From: Octopus bimaculoides
Lineage: Eukaryota
DNA length: 58,445 nucleotides
Reading direction: 5' to 3'
Assembly (NCBI RefSeq): GCF_001194135.2
Contig: NC_069009.1
Coordinates: forward strand, 3,329,400-3,387,844
In this document: in pieces, positions 1-11,306 of the stretch
Position numbering within the stretch: the first letter of the stretch is position 1
Layout of the letters: each line of letters opens with the position of its first letter
Position numbers and translations under genes: made by a program
The notes under the pieces: generated by a model
Told to the model about the DNA's origin: nothing
What the model saw: only the letters and a program-made list of their open reading frames with translations
The model's database searches: none

Positions 1-81
1 TGTCGTAATTTGAATTTAACATATGAGAGCATCTCATAAAGCGAGATTTATATATCTTAATTTGCAGAGGAATTTGTAGTG

Positions 82-156
82 GGTAGTTTAGCTTAATCGG
101 TCAAAGCATCGTGACATGTAATCACGGGGATGTGAGTTCGTGTCCACAGCTAGCCA
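82..156 (+). pseudogene. Degenerate tRNA-like sequence (Thr-TGT-like), probably a SINE head
   Basis: D-stem GCTT/AAGC; anticodon stem CGTGA/TCACG with loop CATGTAA; GTTCG T-loop; acceptor and T stems have bulges. Confidence 0.45.
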
Positions 157-640
157 CCTACACTTTTCTCTGCAAAATAGGGGTAGTTTATCCTGTTCAG
201 GCTATATTATTAGCATTATTCTGCGATTGAGAATTTAAAATCACTTCTTTAACTTTCTAAAAGACATCTCAAAGCTTCTAAAAGCAAACTTTGTTTGTTT
301 GTTTACGTTTGTCGTAATTTGAATTTAATATATATATGTGTATATATAGGCGTAAGAGTGGCTGTGTGGTAAGTAAGGTCTATGGTGAATGGAAAAGAAA
401 AGTAAAGATCAGGGTGAGATTCAAAGTTTATTTTATGTTTAAAGCTATGGTAAAATTGAGCCTAACCTCCACTTGGAACCTTTTATTGAGTTCAAGTCAA
501 TTTAAATGGGATTCAAGTAGTAGGTCAAGGTAAGGGTTAAGAGATGAAGCCTCATGTAGGTTTTGAGATGTAAGTTAGGACAGGGGCCGAAAATGTGAAA
601 AATGGGAGTAATGTTCAAAGACAAGGATCAGTGAGAAAGA

Positions 641-874
641 TCAGTAAACTTCTGGGATGTCTTCCTCCACAAACTCATCGTCTTCTTCACAGGGTGACTC
701 AGAGAGCTGGCCACTGGTCTTCTTTCTGCTATCGGTGTTGTTAGCACTGCTCAGTTCTTTCGGTAACGGAATGTCGAGGTGTTGATAGATCTGCTCCACC
801 GTCTTCGGACTTACAAAATAGGTGACGTTCATCTTTGGGAATTTCTTTTTCAGTTCCTCAATTTGGTCGTAAGC
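641..874 (-). CDS. IFT140: IFT140 terminal coding exon 31 (234 nt incl. TGA): [23 protein letters not shown]...[15 protein letters not shown]
   Basis: GTCCAG acceptor; stop TGA at 641-643; acidic C-terminus as in other IFT140s; minus-strand AATAAA candidates at 482-487 and 426-431. Confidence 0.93.
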   Translation of the reverse strand, partial: AYDQIEELKKKFPKMNVTYFVSPKTVEQIYQHLDIPLPKELSSANNTDSRKKTSGQLSESPCEEDDEFVEEDIPEVY

Positions 875-1768
875 CTGGACAGATGGAAGGAGAAATAGAT
901 AAGTGGATGGATGGATGGATGGATTGATGGATAGAAGGACGGATAGATAGACAGACAGATAGATAGATAGATAGATAGATAGATTGGTAGATACATTTCT
1001 TTTATTAGCCACATAGGGCTCAACGAAGATGGGACAAATACAATGTAGAGCTTTTCTTTTTGGGAGGGGGAAGGAAGGAAAAAAAAAAAAAAGTGGTGGT
1101 GTCGATCAAAAGGGATCGTAGGAAGGGAAAAAGGGGGAGTTCGATCAAAAGGGATCGGAAGGCATGTAGACAGACAGACAAATAGATAGCTAGAAAGATA
1201 GACAGGCAAACAAACAAATAGATAGACAGGCAGATAGATAGATAGATAGACAGACAGGTAGATTGTTAATAAGAAAGGACATACCACCCTCCACCTCTCC
1301 TGACATGCATAATGCTCGATGAGGAAGGCGTAGACATCTCCGACTCGGACCGATTTCTCCAGGTTGGGCTCCTCCAGGAGCGCTAGGCACAGCTTCACCG
1401 CATCATCTGGATTATTGCTGTAGATTCTGCAAGGAGAAACGATAACAACAACAACAACATCACTGAGAATGATATTTGTTCCTTGGGGAAAGGGGCCGGG
1501 TCAATGTCGTCGACCCCCCCCCCTTCCCCAGTGTACCACTGGTACCGGTTTTATTGATCTCGAAAGGATGAAAGGCTAAGTCAACCTCGGCAGAATTTAA
1601 GCAAATAGAATAATGATAATAATGATAATAATAATAATATTGGTTTCAAATTTTGGCACAAGGCCAGCAAAAAGTTGATTACATTAAGCGTCAGTATTTG
1701 ACTAGTGCTTCATTTTAGTGACCCCTAAAAGGACGAAAGGCAGGGAGTAGTAGTAGTAGTAGTAGTAA

Positions 1769-1806
<38 letters not shown>

Positions 1807-2115
1807 ATAGTAGTCGTAGTAGTAGTAGTAGAAGTAGACAATAGTAGTAGTAATAGTAGTAGAAGTAGAAGTAGACAATAGTAGTAGTAGTAGTAGTAGT
1901 AGTAGAAGTAGACAATAGTAGTAGTAGTAGTAGTAGTAGAAGTAGACAATAGTAGTAGTAGTAGTAGTAGTAGTAGAAGTGGACAATAGTAGTAGTAGTA
2001 GTAGACAGTAGTAGTAGGAGTAATAGCAGCAGTAGCAATAGTAATAATAGTAGCAGTAGTAATAGTATTAGTAGCAGCACTAGACAGTAGTAGTAGAAGT
2101 AGTAGTAGCAGCAAC

Positions 2116-2147
<32 letters not shown>

Positions 2148-5100
2148 TAGCAGTAGTAATAATAGCAGCAGCAGTAGTAGTAGTAGTAGTAGTAGCAGCA
2201 GTAGACAGTAGTAGTAGTAGTAGTAGTTGCAGCAGCAGTGGTTAACAAGAAGGGACATGTGTCCCTTCCCCAGTTCCCCAGTCCCCCAGCCTCCCCTTCA
2301 CTCGTTACTTACTTGCGTGCGTTGACGAACTTCTTGATCAAGACCACTTTCTGCTTGAGTTCGTCCAGCCTGTACTCGATGTGCATCTTGTTGTCGATGT
2401 TGTCGTCGTTGTTGCCGTTGTTCCCATCGTTGTCGCTGTCCAGGTACTTCTGCAGACACTTGCACGCCTCGCCAAGCGCACCCAGGGATTTCTCGTAGTT
2501 CTGGTACTCGTCGATCTCCGCCTGCAAACGTGACATAAAAAGTAGGAGTGGCTGTGTGGTAAGTAGTTTGCTTACCAACCACATGGTTCTGNNNNNNNNN
2601 NNNNNNNNNNNNNNNNNNNNNNNNNNNNNNNNNNNNNNNNNNNNNNNNNNNNNNNNNNNNNNNNNNNNNNNNNNNNNNNNNNNNNNNNNNNTAAGTAGCT
2701 TGCTTACCAACCACATGGTTCCAGGTTCAGTCACTCTGTGTGGCACCTTGGGCAAGTGTCTTGTATTATAGCCTCAGGCCGACAAGCACAAAGGGACTAT
2801 GCAATCTGCTAGAAATACCAACCAAATCTCACTCAAAACACATCTTACTATCCTAAAGAGGCACACATAAAACAGTAACAATGGTCATGGTTGGAATATC
2901 TTTGATCTAAGTCTACTGGATTGGTATTTGCCTGGGGTTAAACAAACAAAAAAAGCCCAACATGATCTTACCTGTGCACAGACATCGTAGAATGCAGCGA
3001 GGGAGTCGAGCGCCTTGGCCTTCATGTAGAAGTTGACGATGTTTTTCATGATGTCGGTGTTGTTGCGCCAGTCGAGGGATTGGAGGTAGTTGGCAGCCAT
3101 TACATAGATCTCCCTCTGTCGGGAAACGTTAGCGAAGAACGAGATCTTCTCTGTGTCACCAGACTTTAGTAGACACTTCATGGCCTGAAAAAGAGACAAC
3201 AGTCTATACGTGTGTGTGTGTGTATAAATTTCGAGTGACAGGGTAACCTTCGTTCCATTAACCCCCAAATTAGTGCTCTAATTTTTTTATTTGATTTATT
3301 ACTAAAAATTTTTTTTTAAGCAACTTTACCTGATACTAAATATATGAAAAAAATGTTTAGCCGCAGGAGTCGCTGTGTGGTAAGTAGCTTGCTTACCAAC
3401 CACATGGTTCCCGGTTCAGTCCCACTGTGTGACACCTTGGGCAAGTGTCTTCTACTATAGTCTCGGGCCGACCAAAGCCTTGTAAGTGGATTTGGTAGAC
3501 GGAAACTGAAAGAAGCCTGTTGTATATATGTATATATGTATGTATATATCGAAATCGTGATTGAACCAAATTTATTGACTGGCACCTGTGTCAGTGGAGT
3601 GCTAACAGCACCGTCCAAGCTTGATCATTGCCAGAGCAGCTATCTGGCTTCTGTGCCAGTGGCGCGTAAATAGCACCATTTGAGCGTGGTCGTTACCAGC
3701 ATCGCCTTAGTGGCACTTGGGTGCAGAACCATTTCAAAACCGCAATCTTTNNNNNNNNNNNNNNNNNNNNNNNNNNNNNNNNNNNNNNNNNNNNNNNNNN
3801 NNNNNNNNNNNNNNNNNNNNNNNNNNNNNNNNNNNNNNNNNNNNNNNNNNNNNNNNNNNNNNNNNNNNNNNNNNNNNNNNNNNNNNNNNNNNNNNNNNNN
3901 NNNNNNNNNNNNNNNNNNNNNNNNNNNNNNNNNNNNNNNNNNNNNNNNNNNNNNNNNNNNNNNNNNNNNNNNNNNNNNNNNNNNNNNNNNNNNNNNNNNN
4001 NNNNNNNNNNNNNNNNNNNNNNNNNNNNNNNNNNNNNNNNNNNNNNNNNNNNNNNNNNNNNNNNNNNNNNNNNNNNNNNNNNNNNNNNNNNNNNNNNNNN
4101 NNNNNNNNNNNNNNNNNNNNNNNNNNNNNNNNNNNNNNNNNNNNNNNNNNNNNNNNNNNNNNNNNNNNNNNNNNNNNTATAACAAAATTAGATCACTGGT
4201 AGCATGAAATGGGGTTGGTAGACAAAATGTTAATGGAAAAAGGAAGTATTTTAACATTTCAGATATTAGTCCTTCATCAGAAGACAAAGAGAAAAGTTTT
4301 ATATCCTTCTATTGGGTATATAAATTAATGAAGCAAGAAGGAAACAAAATATATACACTATTGATATTACACAAGGTTAAATACTCTCAGTCACTGCTCA
4401 CAGCAAACTGCTTGCCAACCTGAACTGCCAATTGCTCACAGTTCTTTACTTTATAACAATGAGTCAGTCCACCTTTAGTCATTTGGTCGGGGGGGATGGT
4501 CAGTATTTTAACATTTCAGATATTAGTCCTTCATCAGAAGACAAAGAAATGTTTTATATCCTTCTATTGGGTGTTTAAATTAATGAAGCAGGAGGGAAAG
4601 AAAATATATACATGGTGCACTACTATTGATATTACACAAGGTTAAACGCTCTCAGTCACTGCTCACAGCGAACTGCTTGCCAACCTGAACTGCCAATCGC
4701 TCACAGTTTTTTACTTTATAACAATGAGTCAGTCCACTTTTAGTCATTTGGAGGGGATGGTCAGAATCGTTACACAACAAAAAGCATAGAGGGTGTGTAT
4801 GGAAATGCTTGAGTGAGAATGAGTGTGGCAAAAGTACCGAAAGACCACTTACCTTCACTCTGTTGCCGGACTGTGTATATTTCTTTGTGGCCAGGTGGTA
4901 CTGTCCTTGAAGCATGCAGATCTTACCGATTCCTTCCAGAATCTTCAGTCTCTCGCCACTGTCTGGGCCACCAGATGTATTCTTTGGTGGGCTTAACTTC
5001 TCGGCCAGCTCTGGGGTCACTGTGATGCTCTTCTCCATCAGAAGCTGTATAGCTTCCCAGTACTGATAGAAACAAACAGACATATATATATATATATGTG

Positions 5101-5408
5101 TGTGTATGTATATATATATATATATACCGGAGTAAGCACATGAAATGTGCAACAAGGTGGAAAAAAAGAGTACTCAAATACCAGAGGTAGAGTAATATGC
5201 TTTATTTAAAAGCAGCAGAAATATAACAAAAGACTGTTACTCGGAGTTTCACATTCCCGTTCATCCGATGAACGGGAATGTGAAACTCAGAGTAACAGTC
5301 TTTTGTTATATTTCTGCTGCCTTTAAATAAAGTATATATATATATATGTATATATATGTATGTATATATATGTGTGTATGTGTATATATATATATGTATG
5401 TATATATA

Positions 5409-5450
<42 letters not shown>

Positions 5451-5462
5451 TACATGCATATG

Positions 5463-5540
<78 letters not shown>

Positions 5541-5592
5541 CATATTTAAATATACATGTGTGTGTGTGTGTGTATGCATATATATATGTGTG

Positions 5593-5623
<31 letters not shown>

Positions 5624-6661
5624 ATATGTATGTATGTATGTATGCATGTATGTATGTGCATATATATATATATATATAGTGGCTGAGTACTCTACAGTCA
5701 ATCATACCCCTTCACATACCCCTTCACAACTTCCACCATCACCACCACCACGGCTATGATCACCATGACTACCACTACTACTGGTGTAATTCCCAGGCAC
5801 ACATACAACCATATCATGACCACTACTCCTCTGCCAATGACCTCAACCACACAGCCCCACCCCCCACACTTCTCAGCACCCTAACCCTTACCTTTTTTGC
5901 CATCGCCAACAACTCCACTGCCTTGTCGTACTGTGCGTTCTCCATAAAAAAGTCGGCACACCTCTCCAGAACCTCGGGGTCAGCCCTGTCATCCAGCTCC
6001 AAAGTCATTGCTTGCAAAGCCCCGAACTGTTTACTGCTGAAGGATAGCTCCAGGGCCTTAGATAAACGGCCAGCCTGCCGGAAGAGAAAGATGATAGGAA
6101 ATGTTTATAGCAGGGACATGCCACCTGGGTAGGCAAGGTGGGCAGTGCCTACCTTGAATAAAATAGATCGATAGCAACATTTTCTTTTTATGCCAAAATA
6201 AACACCTAATTCAATAATTAATTCAATTATGAAGGTTAGTCTGATTACTATGCACCAAATGAGAAAATATCTTATTTTTTTGTAGATTAGGTGGGCATAA
6301 TTCACCCCTGCCTTTAAATCTCAGTATTTGAGCTATGCATAGTACTGCTGTAGTACACGTGCTGCGTACACTCCTACAACACCGATTTCTTTACGTGCTA
6401 TAAAGGCAGAAGTAAATCTGCCTTCAACTCAGTCGTGCGATTGTGTTTCGCTTATTTTTCTGACATCACTGGATACCAAGCTGCATCAACCTTTGCCTTT
6501 CCCTTAGATAACATCAGGGGTGTGGAGAAGGGAGGCTGGCATGCATGGGCGACTGCTGGTCTTCCATAAACAACCTTGTCCAGAGTTGTGCCTCGGAGGG
6601 TAACTTTCTAGGTGTAATCCCATGGTCATTCACAACCGAAGGGGGTCTTTATCATTTATAC

Positions 6662-6692
<31 letters not shown>

Positions 6693-9600
6693 CTCCGCTT
6701 GCGAAGACCTGTTGAGGCAAGTGAAATCGAAATCATACTAAATTCGACGACTGGCACCCATGCCAACGTCGTCTCCTTCATTGGACACGAAACTCAGCTT
6801 GCGAAGACTTGTTGGGGCAAGCGAAAGCGAAATTGTGATGGCACCTTTGCCCAGCGTCGCCTTTCTGGCACTTGTGCCCGTGACACGTGCAAGGACTTTC
6901 GAGGGAGATTGTTGCCAGTGCCCCTGGACTGGCCCTTGTGCAAGTGGCACGTAAAAAACACCTTTTTGAGTGTGGCTGTAGCCAGTACCGCCTGACTGGC
7001 CCTCGTGCCGGTGGCACGTAAAAGCACCCAGTACACTCTCGGAGTGGTTGGCGTTAGGAAGGGCATCCAGCTGTAGAAACTCTGCCAGATCAGATTGGAG
7101 CCTGGTGTAGCCATCCGGTTTCACCAGTCCTCAGTCAAATCATCCAACCCATGCTAGCATGGAAAGCGGACGTTAAACGATAATGATGATGATATATATA
7201 TAGATAGATAGATATATACATACATACGCGTAGGGCCTCACTCACCTTGTGGTATAACATAACAGCGTTACCTTCCATCCCCAATTTGTGTTCAAAATAC
7301 CTGGCTGCCTCTACCATGTCCTCGGGCGACCCCAGGAGGGCCAAGTTCAGGATTTGGTTCTCCATACCGTTCTCCTGTAGAAAGATAAATGTAGAAGAAT
7401 TGGAAGGAGAGGAGGACAAGGAGGAGGAGAAGAATACGAAGAAGAATTGGAAGGAGAGGAGGAGAAGAAGGAGGAGAAGAAGAAGTGGGAAGGAAGGAAG
7501 GAAGGAAGGAGAAGAAGAATCGGACAGGGTAAGATGATCTGTGGAGTTTTTAAAAGAAAGAAATGAGGTGCCCTGACCTTACAAAGCCGGATGGCATTGC
7601 CATAAGTCTCTGATCTTGTGAAGAAGTTAACAGCATTCTGGTAATCTCCTTGGATCTCATACTGCCGGGCCACGTGATAGCAGGCAGCCCTGTCACCGGT
7701 CTCGTTACAGATAGTCGATGCCTAGAAATCATATATATATATATACGTATGAACATAAATGTATACACACACACACACACACATTCTCTTTTACTCTAGG
7801 TGGACTGTTAATGTGCTAGAAGAAGATCACATGTAATGTGTCTACTAAGACCGAATTGTTCTCAAATGAAATTCAGCGAAATACCAAAACGTATGCGGGC
7901 AAGACTGAAAATTACATAAATATAAATTCATTATATATATGTTCATATAATGATATTTCCACAATGTATTGGTGAGATAAACATATAATTGTTACCAAAT
8001 TAGCAAAATTTTCTCCCCAAAGGTCTACCGTTAATTCTATTATTATCCAATGTCACTAATTTAAGAATGATAATAACAGAATCAACAATACAGGTGACTG
8101 CAGGCAAAAAAATAGCATTTAAAAAGCCGAGGGATAAAAATTAATCAAAGGATATACTAAGTATGTCTACCTGCTTGAAATAGATGCCAAAAAACTAAAA
8201 ACAAAAAAAATGATGATAAAAAGGATACACACCACTACAACATCACCAAAAGAAAGAAATCCTGAAACCACGGTCACCGTACCTTTTCCATGTCTGACTG
8301 GAAACAGTAGACACGAACCAATGAGAGATAGTCCTGCGCTATATCATAATACTTCACGGCTTCAGCAAGTTCCTCAATACTCTCCATGTATTGGGCATAC
8401 CACTTGTACAGAGTCCTGCAAATGGAAGACAAAATATTGGGTTCAATTCTATCTCATAGCACTTTGAAATTCTACTTTTTGTTATTTTACATGTGACTTG
8501 TGTGTCTGTATATATATACATACAGGGTTGGCCATGGAGGCACAATGGCCCAGTGGTTGGGGCAGCGGACTCGTGGTCGTAGGATAGCAGTTTCGATTCC
8601 CAGACCGGGCGTTGTGAGTGTTTATTGAGTGAAAACACCTAAAGTTCCACGAGGCTCTGGCAGGGGATGGTGGCGAACCCTGTTGTGCCTGTAGTTCAAA
8701 GGGTCAGCCTTGTCACACTGTGTCACTGTGGCACCTTGGGCAAGTGTCTTCTATTATAGCCTCACCACCACCACCATCATCATCGTTACCACTACCACAG
8801 CCATCATCAACATTGCCACCACCACTACCACCATCGCCACCATCACTACATATGCTACCACCCTGGGGTACTTACTTGTCCTTGCTCTTCTGTATAAAGT
8901 CCAACAGATCTTGCGGTTGCGGGTACAACATTTTGGGTACTTCATACATGTGGGTCCCGGCCTTCTTGTAGCTGTAAAACAGAACAGAGGTCAGTGAGGA
9001 GGGGTCACATAAAGAATTCGGATCAGGTCAAAATATAGGTTTATGGCCATGGCCATGAAAGATATAGGGACAAGCATGGCTGTGTGGTAAGTAGCTTGCT
9101 TACCGACCACATGGTTCTGGGTTCAGTCCCACTGCATGGCACCTTTTTTTTTTACATATTTATAGAGATGTTGTTTTATAGTTTTATTTCTCATATATTT
9201 TTTATACACATTTTTTCTGTATTTTACCTTCCACCCTGCATTTTTCCTGTGTGTATATAGACGTGTATATGGAATTTTTTGCGCGCGCGTGTGGATGTGT
9301 AAATATGTGCGGGTATGTGTGCAGAAAGATGTGTGTTTGTGCGTGCATGCGAGTATGTGTGTATATAGACGTGTATATGAACCTTTTTGTGTGTGTGTGT
9401 GTGTGTGAGCGTGTGTGCATGTATGTATAAATTATTTTTGACGAATGGGGGGGGTGCGCATATGTTTATTTTTTTACTTCATCTTCATGTTTTCTTTTTA
9501 GGTTATTTTCTCCTTATTTTTCTCTCTTCTCATCTATCATTTCTGAAGAAGAGTAGATGCTCAAAAGATCAAGGATTTCTCCCAATTTTCCTGAACGCTA

Positions 9601-11265
9601 ACATAATACACCAGTTTGTGTTTTTACCGTCTCTTTGTGATTTCTTATTTCTTTATTGCCCACAAGGGGCTAAACATAGAGGGGACAAACAAGGACAGAC
9701 AAAGGGATTAAGTTGATTACATCGACCCCAGTGCGTAACTGGTACCTAATTTATCGACCCCGAAAGGATGAAAGGCAAAGTCGACCTCGGCGGAATTTGA
9801 ACTCAGAATGTAACGGCAGACGAAATACCGCTAAGCATTTCTGCCAGCTCACCGCCTTATCTCTTTGTGATTTCTGCTTCATTTTTGTACCATTTTGACC
9901 ACAAACTCTGACCTCTGGTTACTAACCCCAAGCGGGAAAAGGAGGAGAGAGATAGGAAGAGGAAAAAACAGGTAAGGAAGAGAGAAAGAAAGGATATAAA
10001 GAAAATGAGAGAGGGAGAGAGGGTAAGAATTATAAGACTTACTTGTTTATTGCTTCATGCCTGATGCCCTCTGATTGTAAATGCTGAGCATAACAATGGT
10101 AAGTGCACTTGAGATGAATTCGGTCATACAACTCTGCAGTCTCCAGGGCCTGCATTGGTTGAGGTGGTCATGGGCAGATTGAGGTACAAAGAGAAAAAAA
10201 GAAAAGAGAGCGGTTACTATCATGTTAACTCCAGATAGACTGTGATCCAGATAGGCCTATGATTAAAGATGTTCTGACCATGACCATCCCATCTTTTATC
10301 CAGACGTAGTGCATCTAGGACTACATTATCTAATGTACAATATAGTCGTATTAATGGCTATAGTTGTTTTTTTAGCCCCAAGTCAATCCTGGTCCACCAG
10401 ACCTACAATCAGAGATGCTCCAGCTGTGACCACCCCATCTTTTATTCAGGCATAGTGCATCTAGGACTACATTATCTAATGTACAATATTGTATTAATGG
10501 CTATAGTTGTTTTTTTAGCCCCAGGTCAATCCTGGTCCACCAGACCTACAATCAGAGATGCTCCAGCTTTGACCATCCCATCTTTCATTCAGGCATAGTG
10601 TATCTAAGACTACATTATTTAATGTGTTGTATAGTAGTTACTATTAGTGGCTAGAGTTGTTTTTGTTGTTGTTGTTGTTGTTTAACCCCAGGTCAGTCCT
10701 GATCCAGCAAACCTATGATCAAAAATGCTCCAGCTGTGACCCTCCCATCTTTTATCCCGTCATAGTGTACCTCGGACTACATTATCCAATGTGCCCTTCC
10801 TCAGTTAAAGACGGTGCACATCTTGTCCCACACTGCCATGACACTTCCCACCACCTCTCCATCAAGTGGACACTAGCCCTGTCCCCTCACCTACTGACCA
10901 TTTCTGCTCCCCGCCACATTCCCCTTCCCCCCCCCATGTACATACTCACCTTGTCCCACTGACCACAGTCCTGGTAGAACTCATTCAACAGGTCGTACCT
11001 TTTGCAGTTCTTCAGGAACTTCTCGGCTTCGTCCTGTCAAAGAGAGGAAGAAGGGAAAGTGGGGAGAGGTTATGTCATCAATCGTCATCAGTCATATATC
11101 AGCATTAATCATTATCGTTCAATATCCATGTTCTATGCTGGCCCGTGTCGGACGGATTGACACAGTCTGACAGATCAATGGGCTACTTCGTGACCCAGTG
11201 TCTGCATGGATCCTTAGGGCTGGATATGAACGTTACCACCACCACCATCACAACCAACAGCAGCA

Positions 11266-11306
<41 letters not shown>

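Noticed and set aside
82-156. Functional tRNA-Thr(TGT) gene
   Set aside because: Anticodon loop starts CA rather than CT, and the acceptor and T stems have bulges; more likely a SINE head.
1702-2258. Poly-Thr/Leu/Tyr ORFs
   Set aside because: Translations of a (TAG)n microsatellite in an IFT140 intron.
5202-5759. YI/HT-rich ORFs here and at many other (TA)n/(CA)n tracts
   Set aside because: Dinucleotide repeats; no splice signals or homology.
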